Positions 16,231-26,607 are shown, counted from the stretch's first letter. The stretch: DNA of 44,801 nucleotides from Parcubacteria group bacterium GW2011_GWA2_51_10 (GCA_001004265.1 LCQS01000006.1:1-44801); one strand, 5' to 3'. Numbers and translations are program-made. Notes: a model not told the origin generated them from the letters alone.

Positions 16231-17453
16231 AGCCCGCGAATCTTGGCTTCCTTCTCGTCAGTGCGCTCGCGGCAGTCGCGGTCGCATCGGCGGCTGTAGC
16301 GGCCGCTCCTAAGCTTGCGTTTGTGCGTGGAGCGCCCGCACAGGGAACGTCGACCGAGATGTCTGTGCCGCGCGTCGCGCATAAAAAAACGCCTACGCCC
16401 GTGAAGGCCGTCTATATGACGCAGTGCGCGGTCGGGACGCCATCGCTGCGCGCCTCGCTCGTAGATCTTCTCGAGCGCACGGAGCTCAACTCGGTGGTCA
16501 TTGATATAAAAGATTACACAGGACGACTCGCGTTTACCCCCGAAGATCCGGATTTGCTTCCTGCCGTATCGGATGCGTGCGGCGCGCGTGATATGGAGAA
16601 ATTTATAGCGGAGCTGCATAAAAAAGATATCTACGTCATCGGCCGCATCACGGTTTTTCAGGATCCCTTTTACACGCAGCGGCATCCGGAGCTTGCCGTA
16701 AAACGGCTCTCCGACAAATCGGCAGTCTGGAAGGATTACAAGGGGCTGTCTTTTATCGACGTAAACGCGGAGCCCTTCTGGAATTACATCGTGAAGATTT
16801 CGAAGGCTTCATACGAGGTTGGATTTGATGAGCTGAATTACGACTACATCCGCTTTCCTTCTGACGGCAACATGAAAGACACCTACTATTCATGGGGATC
16901 GGGAAGGCCGAAAGCCGAAGCGCTCGAACGCTTTTATAAGTATCTCTCCGAGGAACTCGAGCCATCGGGCGTCGTACTTTCCGCCGATCTCTTCGGGATG
17001 GTCACGACGAACTATGATGATCTCAATATCGGGCAAGTGCTCGAGCGCGCCCTGCCGTACTTCGATTTCATAGACCCAATGGTATATCCGTCTCACTACC
17101 CGTCAGGTTTCCACGGTTACAAAAATGTGAATGAGCATCCGTATGACATCGTATATTTCTCGATGAGCGAAGCAGTGAGGCGAACCATTGCGACAACGAC
17201 GCAGATCGCGTCATTCGAATACAACAGAATAGGAACGACCACACCGGCTCTTTACGCGAAGCCCTCATATCCCGCATCTAAAATGAGGCCTTGGCTTCAG
17301 GATTTCGACTATCCGGTTCCATATACTCCCGCGATGGTGCGTGCACAGATCAAAGCAACAGAAGATGTCGGTCTAGATTCGTATCTCTTCTGGGATCCTG
17401 CGAATAAGTATTCAAGCCTGCGGCAAGTGTTGCAGAGTGACACGGTACAATAA
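16227..17453 (+). CDS. Secreted putative glycoside hydrolase (DUF4015-like TIM barrel)
   Basis: VKAVYMT, NSVVIDIKD..G, RITVFQDP, GFDELNYDYIRFP, IGQ, PMVYPSHY, RPWLQDF motifs; N-terminal signal/TM. Confidence 0.85.
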   Translation: MKPANLGFLLVSALAAVAVASAAVAAAPKLAFVRGAPAQGTSTEMSVPRVAHKKTPTPVKAVYMTQCAVGTPSLRASLVDLLERTELNSVVIDIKDYTGRLAFTPEDPDLLPAVSDACGARDMEKFIAELHKKDIYVIGRITVFQDPFYTQRHPELAVKRLSDKSAVWKDYKGLSFIDVNAEPFWNYIVKISKASYEVGFDELNYDYIRFPSDGNMKDTYYSWGSGRPKAEALERFYKYLSEELEPSGVVLSADLFGMVTTNYDDLNIGQVLERALPYFDFIDPMVYPSHYPSGFHGYKNVNEHPYDIVYFSMSEAVRRTIATTTQIASFEYNRIGTTTPALYAKPSYPASKMRPWLQDFDYPVPYTPAMVRAQIKATEDVGLDSYLFWDPANKYSSLRQVLQSDTVQ

Positions 17454-17459
17454 GTGCAT

Positions 17460-19028
17460 ATGATTCGTACGGACGATCCGCATCCATTCATTCATCGCAT
17501 GCGTGCATCGGGGCTTCCCGACACTGTGATCCGCGAGCGACTGCTCTTAGAAGGATGGTCGCCCGAAATCATCGATCCGATTTTTGCGGCGCGAGCGGGA
17601 TCGAGATCGACACCCGCGGAATCACAACCGTCCCCACGCCACATGGTTGCGCCCGCGAGGAAGCCGAGATCGCACCTATTGACGTTCGTGGTTTTCACGA
17701 TCTTTTTCTCTCTTGCCGCACTCGGGTCCGCCGTCTACATGTATTTCAAGCCGCCAATCGTCTATTCGATTTCTCTCCCATCTTCGTCTGCTGCATCTTC
17801 CGCAGTGCCAGCGCTTCTCTACGGCGCTCTCGCTGCGCTTTCGGATTCCAATTACTACGAAATTGTAAAGCGGCAACTTATCGATGAAAAAGCGGATTTT
17901 ATAGACGCGAATCTGACGACTATGCATCTCTCGGTCTACAAAAGCGGAGTGGAGGCGCTTTCCGTACCCATACTCGGGAAGGGCCGGACTGGTTCATGGT
18001 GGGAGACACCTGCAGGAATTTACAAAGTTCAGGCGAAAGAAAAAAATCATTTCTCCTCGTTCGGAAACGTTTACCAGCCGTGGAGCATCAACTTCCAAGG
18101 CAACTTTTATATCCACGGTTGGCCATACTATCCGGATGGAACGCCCGTCTCTTCCACCTACTCGGGAGGATGTATTCGGCTTTCGACGGCAGATGCTGAA
18201 GCAGTGTATGCGCTTTCCTCTGTTGGTATGCCGGTTCTCGTGCATGAGACCTCCGCTCCGAGTGATTCTTTCAGCTATGAGCTCAAGGCCCCGCCGGTAT
18301 CGGCTTCCGCATATCTCGTGGCCGACCTCAAAAATGGAACCGTTCTATCGAGCAAAAGCGCCGACGTGGCCGCGCCTATCGCGTCCATTTCGAAGTTAGT
18401 AACCGCGCTTGTCGCAACAGAGTATATTAATCTCGACAAGATAATAACCGTTCCCGAAAACGCCCTCGTATACACATCCATTCCGCGTTTGCGCGCGCGG
18501 GAGAAGGTCCGCGCATACGATCTCTTGTTTCTTCTTTTGCAGGAGTCCTCGAACGAAGCTGCGGAGACGCTCGCTTCCGCCCCCGGTCGTGCACAGTTCA
18601 TCGATTTCATGAATGAGAAAGCGCGCGCCATCAATCTTTCCAAGACTGTGTTCTCAGATCCGTCGGGAGCGAAGGGTGACTATGCGACACCCGAAGACCT
18701 CTTCACGCTCCTTCGCTACATCGACGGGAATCGGCGGTTTGTGTTTGGCATCACGGCAGGGCAGCTTTCCGGCAGCGCATACGGCCCTCCCGCCTTCAAG
18801 AACATTCGGAATTTCAATCTCATTCCCGGGAGTCCCGCGAAGCTGGTCGGCGGAAAAATCGGTATGACAAATGAAGCAGGAGAAACGTACGCGGGAATTT
18901 TTTCTGCGCAGATAGGAAATGAGGAGCGGGACATCGCGGTGATTGTGCTCGATTCCCTCGATGCCGCCCGCGATGTGCGAGAGCTTCTTTCGTTCGTTTT
19001 GGAAGCGTACGCTACTGGAGCAGATTGA
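17460..19028 (+). CDS. L,D-transpeptidase (YkuD) fused to D-Ala-D-Ala carboxypeptidase (peptidase S11)
   Basis: TM, then ETPAGIY...IHG...SGGCIRL (LDT); then ASISKL (SxxK), SSN and GKIG (KTG variant). Confidence 0.85.
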   Translation: MIRTDDPHPFIHRMRASGLPDTVIRERLLLEGWSPEIIDPIFAARAGSRSTPAESQPSPRHMVAPARKPRSHLLTFVVFTIFFSLAALGSAVYMYFKPPIVYSISLPSSSAASSAVPALLYGALAALSDSNYYEIVKRQLIDEKADFIDANLTTMHLSVYKSGVEALSVPILGKGRTGSWWETPAGIYKVQAKEKNHFSSFGNVYQPWSINFQGNFYIHGWPYYPDGTPVSSTYSGGCIRLSTADAEAVYALSSVGMPVLVHETSAPSDSFSYELKAPPVSASAYLVADLKNGTVLSSKSADVAAPIASISKLVTALVATEYINLDKIITVPENALVYTSIPRLRAREKVRAYDLLFLLLQESSNEAAETLASAPGRAQFIDFMNEKARAINLSKTVFSDPSGAKGDYATPEDLFTLLRYIDGNRRFVFGITAGQLSGSAYGPPAFKNIRNFNLIPGSPAKLVGGKIGMTNEAGETYAGIFSAQIGNEERDIAVIVLDSLDAARDVRELLSFVLEAYATGAD

Positions 19029-19062
19029 GTGCTCCCGACGAAGCCCTGAAAAAGGGTCATTG

Positions 19063-19149
19063 GTATACCTCGTTCGAGAAAAGCCTCGACATATAGTAGT
19101 CGGAACTGTCGCCATGCCTCTGGCAGGGCGGTTCTCTAACGGGGTATAC
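19063..19149. mobile_element. MITE-like element, degenerate copy (CCCCGTTAGA-type ends)
   Basis: GTATACCTCGTTCGAGAA (19063-19080) versus TTCTCTAACGGGGTATAC (19132-19149): inverted repeat, 16/18 match. Confidence 0.55.
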
Positions 19150-19156
19150 TGATTAA

Positions 19157-21046
19157 ATGAACGGTAATGGGAACAACAAAGATCCTGATCGCCGCGTGAC
19201 GTACTTCGCGGCGACTCATACGCGGGGCAAGCGCGACATGTTCGGCATACGAGGCGACGACCGGGGAAAACATATTTATGTCATCGGAAAAACCGGCATG
19301 GGCAAGTCAACCATGCTCGAAAATATGGCGATACAGGATATTCAGAACGGCGAAGGTCTCGCGTTCATTGATCCCCATGGAGCGACGGCAGAGAAGCTGC
19401 TGGATTTTGTGCCGCAAGATCGCATCAAAGATGTTGTCTATTTTGCGCCATTCGATACCGATTTCCCGATTGGCTTCAACATCATGGAGGACGTCGGCTA
19501 CGACAAGCGCCACCTCGTTGTCTCTGGCCTCATGGGGGCACTGAAGCGCATCTGGGTTGATGCCTGGAGCGCGCGAATGGAATACATTCTCCAAAACACG
19601 CTCCTTGCGCTCCTTGAATATCCGGATTCGACGCTTCTTGATATCAACCGCATGCTCGTCAACAAAACATTTCGCTCGGCAGTCGTGGAGAAAATATCTG
19701 ATCCCGTGGTGCGGAGTTTCTGGGTCGAAGAATTTGCGGCGTTTACTGATACGTATACGCGCGAGGCAACGCCTGCCATCCAAAATAAAATCGGCCAATT
19801 CACCGCTAACCCGTTAATCCGCAATATCATCGGGCAAGCCCGCTCAACATTCGATTTGCGCAAAATAATGGACGAGCGGAAGATTTTCATCGTTAACCTC
19901 TCGAAGGGGCGCATGGGTGAGACGAACGCGTCTCTTTTGGGAAGCATGCTCGTTGTGAAGATTTACCTCGCGGCGATGTCGCGCGCCGATGAACCCGCTA
20001 TACGCATGGCGAAACTGCCTCGCTTCTTTTTCTACGTTGATGAATTTCAGTCCATGATGAACGAGGCGTTCGCAGACATTCTCTCGGAGTCGCGCAAATA
20101 CAAACTCGCGCTCACGCTCGCCAACCAATATATCGAGCAGATGGAAGAGGAGGTGCGCGATGCTGTGTTCGGCAACGTCGGCACCCTCATCGTTTTTCGT
20201 GTCGGACCCTTCGATGCAGAAGTTCTTGAAACGGTATTCGAGCCGACATTCACGCCGGAAGATTTAGTAGGTCTCGGGATTGGACAGATTTACCTCACGC
20301 TCATGATCGACGGCGTCGGCTCCAAGCCATTCTCCGCGGAGACCATACCTCCAATTGAAACGCCGCCGATTACCTATCGGGATGATGTGATACTCAATTC
20401 ACGCGCAATGTACGCACGGCCGCGTGCGGAAGTGGAAAGAATCGTAAACGCTCGACAAGTGGAATTCGTTCCTCCGCCTCCAAAGCCGAAAGTGCGAAAA
20501 GAATATTCAGGCGCCCAAAGGGAAGCCCAGGCGTTTCGACCGCGGGATCGCGTGGAAGTTGCGCCGGAAAGAGAGAGGCCGCGATCCTCGACTGCTCCCC
20601 GCTCGACGTCGGAGAATAATGTTCGTCCGATGGGAGCAGCACCGCCCTCACCATACCAGGGAGTGCGCGAGGATCGGCCGCAGGCGCCAGATGCGCGCAC
20701 CGAGCTCTCGGCTACGCGCCCGGGAGTCGGTCCCGCTCACCGGTCTGCTTTGCAGGAAGCGATAGAAAAAGCAAAAAAAGCAGCCCTTGAAGCGGCATCT
20801 GGAAAATCTCCGGCAGACATTCTACGCGAGCGAAAGAATCTCGCTGCACGGGAGGGACAGGCGACCGGAGCGGCACCGCGCCCAAAATCTGCTCACGATA
20901 CGGAGCAAGTCAAAAGGGAAGAGAGTGCAGTACGCAGTGAACCATCGAAACTTACAGAAGATAATCGCGCAGAGGCGAAAGATGACATACCTCCTGAATT
21001 GTTGCGCAGGGTTCTACACGGCAGGAGCGGCCGCATCTCGCACTAA
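19157..21046 (+). CDS. VirD4/TraD/HerA-like P-loop ATPase with disordered C-terminal tail
   Basis: Walker A GKTGMGKST, FIDPHG, Walker B FYVDEFQ, SESRKY.L.L.LANQY, VFGNVGT motifs. Confidence 0.85.
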   Translation: MNGNGNNKDPDRRVTYFAATHTRGKRDMFGIRGDDRGKHIYVIGKTGMGKSTMLENMAIQDIQNGEGLAFIDPHGATAEKLLDFVPQDRIKDVVYFAPFDTDFPIGFNIMEDVGYDKRHLVVSGLMGALKRIWVDAWSARMEYILQNTLLALLEYPDSTLLDINRMLVNKTFRSAVVEKISDPVVRSFWVEEFAAFTDTYTREATPAIQNKIGQFTANPLIRNIIGQARSTFDLRKIMDERKIFIVNLSKGRMGETNASLLGSMLVVKIYLAAMSRADEPAIRMAKLPRFFFYVDEFQSMMNEAFADILSESRKYKLALTLANQYIEQMEEEVRDAVFGNVGTLIVFRVGPFDAEVLETVFEPTFTPEDLVGLGIGQIYLTLMIDGVGSKPFSAETIPPIETPPITYRDDVILNSRAMYARPRAEVERIVNARQVEFVPPPPKPKVRKEYSGAQREAQAFRPRDRVEVAPERERPRSSTAPRSTSENNVRPMGAAPPSPYQGVREDRPQAPDARTELSATRPGVGPAHRSALQEAIEKAKKAALEAASGKSPADILRERKNLAAREGQATGAAPRPKSAHDTEQVKREESAVRSEPSKLTEDNRAEAKDDIPPELLRRVLHGRSGRISH

Positions 21047-21048
21047 CT

Positions 21049-22641
21049 ATGCGATCCATCCGAACGCGAGAATTCGGCACGAAAGCGGGATGGCGGAGCG
21101 AGACGCACGTACGGGCAGCAGTATTTTTCACAGCTTTCTTTGTGAGCGTTATCGTCGCTTTTCCCGCTGCGACGCGAGCACAGCTCGTGATAAGTGAGTT
21201 CCTGTACGATTCGGAAGGATCGGATACGGACAAGGAATACGTTGAAATATTTAATGCGGGCAGTGCGGCAGTGGATCTCACAAAGTGGAAAATAAACGAC
21301 GGCTCGAATCATGGGCTAAATGTGCCGCCGAAAAATGGCGGGACAGGATCAATCACGATCGCGCCGGGCGACTATGCGCTCTTCGTTGATAATGCCGTGA
21401 ATTTCATTGCGAGCCATCCGGGCATTTCTGCGTCAATCATCGATTCTGTTTTGAGTCTCACGAATGCGGCAGGGACGATTTCGCTTATCAATGAGGATGG
21501 AACCGTCGCAGACAGTGTTTCCTATACGAAAGGGGAAGGTGGAGCTGGCGATGGGAACTCCCTTCATCGCGGAAGTGCGGGAGGTGCGGTTTTTTCTGCC
21601 GGCTCTCCCAGTCCCGGGACGGGGAATTTATCAGCCGCTCCCAATGCGGGCGGAGGAGACTCGACAGCTGCTGCCCCCACAACGACTTCTGGCGTGTCGG
21701 CGACTGGTGCGGTGTCCTCATACGTTCCTCCTCCCTCGGTACGTCTTTTTGCTGATGCAGGATCGGACAGGGTTGTGATTGTTGGTGCCGATGTTGAGTT
21801 TAGAGGGCGCGCATACAATCGCGATAAGGAAATCATAGAGAATGTACGCTTCTCATGGAATTTCGGCGACGGCTCTCATGCGGAGGGGCAAAGTGTTTTG
21901 CACCATTTCGATTTTCCGGGGCGCTACGCAGTAGTGCTCACAATCGCCGAACACGTAGAAGCTGCGTCTGACAAAATCATCGTGACGGCCGAATCAGCAC
22001 AACTCGCTTTTTCCGCGCTCTCTGACGGCAGTGTTGCAATTGGAAATCTATCCGGTCGAGATATCGATGTGTCGAACTGGATAGTGAGTTCGTCGGGCAA
22101 GCACTTTATACTTCCCGCCGAGTCAATCATTCTCGCGGAGGAGACGCTGCGTCTCTCTGCGCACACGCTGGGATTTAGCGGCACGAGCGAAACGACACTC
22201 AGTTACCCGAACGGTGCTGTCGCGCGCGAGGCAGAATCGCAAACGGAGCACGCGCTTCCTACCCTCGCACCATCGACGGAAGGGGCGACAGAGGCGGAGA
22301 AGAAGGAGCCGCTCGCATCGGGAGCTATAGCAAACGCGAAATTGCCTGCAGCACCCAAGAAAACCTCCGCACCAGTTGCGGCGATGTCTGAGGAGAATGA
22401 TGAGGATGCTGAACGTGGTGCGAACGTGGATAATGAGAGTGTGCCGATGTCGGCGACGTCCTCACTCGCCGCCGCGGGAGCGGCGGAAAGTTCCGGATAT
22501 GTTTGGTGGCTCAGTGCGCTTTCTCTTGCCGCCCTTGGAGCTGGAGCTGTATATGCCGTGAAGCGCGTCGGTAATCGCGAATCATTCGGCATTGCTCATG
22601 ACAAGTGGGACATTATTGAAGAATCGACTGAAGAGGGGTAG
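21049..22641 (+). CDS. Surface protein with lamin-tail and PKD domains, C-terminal TM
   Basis: ISEFLYD...EYVEIFN..AVDLTKWKI (LTD); SWNFGDG (PKD); second LTD-like segment; TM near the C-terminus. Confidence 0.85.
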   Translation: MRSIRTREFGTKAGWRSETHVRAAVFFTAFFVSVIVAFPAATRAQLVISEFLYDSEGSDTDKEYVEIFNAGSAAVDLTKWKINDGSNHGLNVPPKNGGTGSITIAPGDYALFVDNAVNFIASHPGISASIIDSVLSLTNAAGTISLINEDGTVADSVSYTKGEGGAGDGNSLHRGSAGGAVFSAGSPSPGTGNLSAAPNAGGGDSTAAAPTTTSGVSATGAVSSYVPPPSVRLFADAGSDRVVIVGADVEFRGRAYNRDKEIIENVRFSWNFGDGSHAEGQSVLHHFDFPGRYAVVLTIAEHVEAASDKIIVTAESAQLAFSALSDGSVAIGNLSGRDIDVSNWIVSSSGKHFILPAESIILAEETLRLSAHTLGFSGTSETTLSYPNGAVAREAESQTEHALPTLAPSTEGATEAEKKEPLASGAIANAKLPAAPKKTSAPVAAMSEENDEDAERGANVDNESVPMSATSSLAAAGAAESSGYVWWLSALSLAALGAGAVYAVKRVGNRESFGIAHDKWDIIEESTEEG

Positions 22642-22652
22642 TCTTGTATGGC

Positions 22653-23525
22653 ATGAATAAAAAAACCGTTCTCGTAACAGGCGGAGCGGGCATGATTGGC
22701 TCTCGGCTGATCGAATTGCTTCTTCCAAAATACCGCGTGGTTTCTCTCGATAATTATTTTATCGGCAAGAAAGAGAATCACATCGATGGAGCGGAATATA
22801 TCGAGGGACACACCAAAGCCATTGAGAAATTGCTCGGAAACGAAAAGCCCACGATCATTTTTCATCTCGGGGAATATTCTCGCGTCGAGCAGAGCTTCGG
22901 CGACATAGATCTCGTGTGGGAATCCAATGTCGAAGGTACGTTCCGCGTCTTAGAATATTGGCGCGCGCGCGGAGGAAAACTTGTGTATGCCGGATCGAGT
23001 ACTAAATTCGCAGACGGAGGCATGGGCAGGGATCAGAGTCCCTACGCATGGATGAAGGCAAGCAATACGGAACTGGTGCGCAATTTCGGAAACTGGTTCA
23101 ATCTGCCGTACGCAATTACTTATTTCTACAATGCATACGGACCGCGCGAGCTTTCGGCAGGCCCATACGCATCCGTGATTGGCAGGTTTAAGAAGCAGTA
23201 TGCCGCGAGGCAGCCGATCACTGTCGTTGCGCCCGGCACTCAGCGCCGCAATTTCACGCATGTGGACGATCTTGCCCGTGGATTGCTGGCCGTGGGCGAA
23301 AGGGGGGAGGGCGACGAATATGGCCTTGGCAGCCCGGAGTCGTACACTATTCTCGAAATCGCACAGATGTTCGAATCCACAATAGAGATGCTGCCCGCGA
23401 GGAAAGGGAATCGTATGGAATCCATCGTGGACACGACACGGGCAGAAAAAGAGTTCAGCTGGAAGCCGGAGCATACTGTTCGCGAATACATCGAATCGAT
23501 AAAGAAACAAAATGATCCCCGTTAG
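22653..23525 (+). CDS. NAD-dependent epimerase/dehydratase
   Basis: VTGGAGMIGS, SPYAWMK (YxxxK), YNAYGP, RNFTHVDD motifs. Confidence 0.9.
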   Translation: MNKKTVLVTGGAGMIGSRLIELLLPKYRVVSLDNYFIGKKENHIDGAEYIEGHTKAIEKLLGNEKPTIIFHLGEYSRVEQSFGDIDLVWESNVEGTFRVLEYWRARGGKLVYAGSSTKFADGGMGRDQSPYAWMKASNTELVRNFGNWFNLPYAITYFYNAYGPRELSAGPYASVIGRFKKQYAARQPITVVAPGTQRRNFTHVDDLARGLLAVGERGEGDEYGLGSPESYTILEIAQMFESTIEMLPARKGNRMESIVDTTRAEKEFSWKPEHTVREYIESIKKQNDPR

Positions 23526-23646
23526 AAGTCTTTGGCAAAAAAATTTAATATAAATTTTTCTGCAAGGTCTATCGAGACCGAAAAGTGAGCGGAACATAAT
23601 CTACAAAATGAGCATATGAGTAAACAACGACAGACTTCTAACGGGG
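23517..23646. mobile_element. 130-bp MITE-like element with perfect 15-bp terminal inverted repeats
   Basis: CCCCGTTAGAAGTCT (23517-23531) and AGACTTCTAACGGGG (23632-23646); AT-rich interior. Confidence 0.7.
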
Positions 23647-24869
23647 CAAGAAGAATTTTGATTTTCTCACTCACTTACCATCCCTTTGTCGGGGGAGCGG
23701 AGATCGCGATCAAAGAAATCACGGATCGCCTTTCCAAGGAGAAATATGCATTCGATATGATAACGCTGCGTTTCGATCGCGCGCTTCCGAAAGTTGAGAA
23801 GGTGGGAAACGTCACTGTGTATCGCCTTGGCCCCGCAATCCGCGCGCCGAGCGTTTCAGATAGAAATATGAAATGGCAACTGCGACTAGCGAAAGTATTG
23901 TTCCCGATCAGCTCTTTTATTAAGGCCTTTTTTTTGGATCAGAAATACGTCTATGACATGCTCTGGGCAATGATGGCGAATCAAGCAAGCTTTTCAGCGC
24001 TTTTTTTCAAATTTATCCATCCTAAAACGCCGTATTTTCTGGAGCTCCAAGATGGTCGCGCCATCGCTGATATGAAGGCGCGCCGGCCGATATTGCGGCT
24101 GCTCTGGCCTCTCTACAAGCGCATGTATATGAAGGCAGATCGTATAAAAGCGATTTCACACTACATTGCAAAAGAGGTGCGCTCCATTGGATATAAGAAA
24201 GATATTGAAGTCATTCCGAATGGCGTAGACGTCGGCACATTTACGAGACCTTCTCCGCCGTCACGGGTGGAGGAATTAAAAAAGAAAGTCGGCAAACATC
24301 CGGGAGATATCTTTCTTTTTACGGCGAGTCGCCTCGTTCTGTCTCGTGGTGTGGAAGATGTGATTCGCGCACTTCCCGCATTGCCGGCGCATGTAAAACT
24401 GCTCGTCGCCGGCACAGGAGAAGATCAGCAAAAATTGGAGCGCATCGCGAGTGAGGCGGGCATTCAAGAGCGCGTGATATTTGCGGGGCACGTTCCGCAC
24501 GAGATCCTACCGGCCTACTTCGCGATATCGGATATTTTTGTGAGGCCCTCGATTATCGAAGGATTCGGGAGTGCATTTATTGAGGCATTCGCTGTTGGAA
24601 TACCGGTCATTGCTACGCCCGTGGGAGGAATTCCAGATTTCCTGTTTGACCCGGATGCGAATCCGGACAAGGAGCCAACGGGTCTGTTTTGCGAAGTGCA
24701 GAATCCAGAAAGCATTGCACGCTGCGTCACAAGATACATGGAGGAACCAAAACTGAAAGCACGCATCATCAAAAATGCACGAGCGCTGGCGTCTGAAAAG
24801 TACGATTGGAACAGAATCGCGCGGGACATGGAAGAGCGCATATTCGATCCGCTGTTGAAATCGATATGA
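23616..24869 (+). CDS. Glycosyltransferase family 4
   Basis: PFVGGAE, IPNGVD, SRLV..RG, EGFGSAFIEAFAVGIPVIATPVGG (ExxxxxxxE). Confidence 0.92.
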   Translation: MSKQRQTSNGARRILIFSLTYHPFVGGAEIAIKEITDRLSKEKYAFDMITLRFDRALPKVEKVGNVTVYRLGPAIRAPSVSDRNMKWQLRLAKVLFPISSFIKAFFLDQKYVYDMLWAMMANQASFSALFFKFIHPKTPYFLELQDGRAIADMKARRPILRLLWPLYKRMYMKADRIKAISHYIAKEVRSIGYKKDIEVIPNGVDVGTFTRPSPPSRVEELKKKVGKHPGDIFLFTASRLVLSRGVEDVIRALPALPAHVKLLVAGTGEDQQKLERIASEAGIQERVIFAGHVPHEILPAYFAISDIFVRPSIIEGFGSAFIEAFAVGIPVIATPVGGIPDFLFDPDANPDKEPTGLFCEVQNPESIARCVTRYMEEPKLKARIIKNARALASEKYDWNRIARDMEERIFDPLLKSI

Positions 24870-25891
24870 GAATCGTTCTCGCAACGGGCATCTATCCGCC
24901 TGATATAGGAGGACATAGCTTTTATGCGCAGAAACTCAAGGAAGCTCTCGAGAAGCAGGGGCATGTTATTCAGCTCTGTCTCTATGGGAGGTTGAAGTTA
25001 TTTCCAACGAGCATCAGGCATGTTGCTTTCGGAATGAAATTATTGCTTGCCATTCGCGGACAGGACGCAGTGATTGCATTCGACACATTCAGCGTGGCGG
25101 TTCCTGCCGGTGTCGTTGCACGCATTACAGGCAAACCGACACTCGTTCGTGCGGCAGGGGATTTTGTTTGGGAATCATACATCGAGCGAACGCACGATTT
25201 CCTCCCGCTACCAGATGTGTATCGGCATCGCGAAAGGTGGAATCTCAAAGAGCGACTGTCTTTCCGCATTATTCGGTGGGCGCTCGCTCATGTTCACATC
25301 GTATTCTCAACAGATTGGATAAAGGACATATGGCTTCGAGAGTATGGATTCGATATCTCACGTACTCATGTTATTGAGAATGCAATAGAGCCGAAGTTGG
25401 AATCGATCCCACCAAAGCGGAAAAATTTCCTCTTCTATTCGCGCGCTATTGCGCTCAAGAATGCCGAAGCGTTCCGCCGCGCGCTTGCTCATGCGAAACG
25501 ACACCATCCTGATATAGAGCTTGAGGAAGGTCAAATTTCTCATGACGAGCTATTGAAACGCATGCAGTCGAGCTATGCGGTCGTGGTTCCTTCCATTTCA
25601 GAAGTATCGCCCAACATCGTGATTGAAAGCCTGCGCTGCGGGAAACCGTTTCTTATGACGAAGTACTCCGGATATGCGAAACGATTTGCAGACTATGGGG
25701 TTCTGGTTGATCCGCTTTCTGAGAACGATATGGAGCGCGGCATCAGAGAACTCGCCGATCCAGCTGTGTATGCAGTCCTTACAAAAAAAATCGCCACGTT
25801 TAATGAAGTCCATACATATGACGATATCGCCCGTGAATTCGTGGAACTTCTCACAATGCTTCAGGAGAAATCTTTTTCGCCTTCAAAATGA
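24866..25891 (+). CDS. Glycosyltransferase family 4
   Basis: MRIVLATGIYPPDIGG and SEVSPNIVIESL..GKP motifs; ATGA overlap. Confidence 0.88.
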   Translation: MRIVLATGIYPPDIGGHSFYAQKLKEALEKQGHVIQLCLYGRLKLFPTSIRHVAFGMKLLLAIRGQDAVIAFDTFSVAVPAGVVARITGKPTLVRAAGDFVWESYIERTHDFLPLPDVYRHRERWNLKERLSFRIIRWALAHVHIVFSTDWIKDIWLREYGFDISRTHVIENAIEPKLESIPPKRKNFLFYSRAIALKNAEAFRRALAHAKRHHPDIELEEGQISHDELLKRMQSSYAVVVPSISEVSPNIVIESLRCGKPFLMTKYSGYAKRFADYGVLVDPLSENDMERGIRELADPAVYAVLTKKIATFNEVHTYDDIAREFVELLTMLQEKSFSPSK

Positions 25892-26606
25892 AAGCCGTGC
25901 CCAGAAAATGGAATGGCGTGTGATCAAGCGATTCGAGCAGTTTCGATTGCCAAATCGTGAGCCGCGGCAATTTTCTATCAAGCGGGTAGGGGATAAGTTT
26001 GAAATTATAAAAACGCGCTTCTTCCGTCGCAAATCCGTGGCGCGCCAAGAGGGAGCGTGCGCGAGCGAGCGTATATTCGCGATGTGTTACGGACTGGTCC
26101 TTCGAGACATTTTTAAATAGCGATCGGACAAATAATCCGATCCTATTGAAGGCGCGCCAAGGCGCATAGTAATTCGGGAACGTAATGATGAACGTGCCGC
26201 CGTTTTTTAAAACGCGCGCAACTTCTCTAAGAAATACCGATTCATTTTCGAGATACTCAATGAGTCCCATTGCGAGCGTCACCTCAAAAGACTCGTCCTC
26301 GAACGGGAGCCGGTAGGCATCAGCTACGACAACTGTAAGGAAAGGAGTCTCTCCAAATTCGTCCTTGATGCGCTCTATCATCTCTGGAGCTGCGTCGACA
26401 CACGTAATTTTGCAGGCCTTTAAGAGTAGCCCGGGAATCATGACGCCAGGCCCCGATGCTATATCGAGTACATTGGTTCGGTCGGGAATCATCGCCAGCA
26501 CCTTCTTTCGACGCACGCGGAACGAGTAGCCTTCACCCGTCTCATTGTCGTATTCCGCCTTGTATTCGCGACTTCGCTTGTTGAAATATGACACCTCTGT
26601 ACGCAT
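25851..26606 (-). CDS. Class I SAM-dependent methyltransferase
   Basis: VLDIASGPG, ADAYRLPFEDESFE, RVLKNGG motifs; ATG 1 nt after the restored deacetylase stop. Confidence 0.88.
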   Translation of the reverse strand: MRTEVSYFNKRSREYKAEYDNETGEGYSFRVRRKKVLAMIPDRTNVLDIASGPGVMIPGLLLKACKITCVDAAPEMIERIKDEFGETPFLTVVVADAYRLPFEDESFEVTLAMGLIEYLENESVFLREVARVLKNGGTFIITFPNYYAPWRAFNRIGLFVRSLFKNVSKDQSVTHREYTLARARSLLARHGFATEEARFYNFKLIPYPLDRKLPRLTIWQSKLLESLDHTPFHFLGTAFILKAKKISPEAL

Positions 26607-26607
26607 G

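Noticed and set aside
19157-21046. Conjugative type IV secretion system
   Set aside because: Lone ATPase with no relaxase or VirB genes nearby; such ATPases are common chromosomal genes in CPR.
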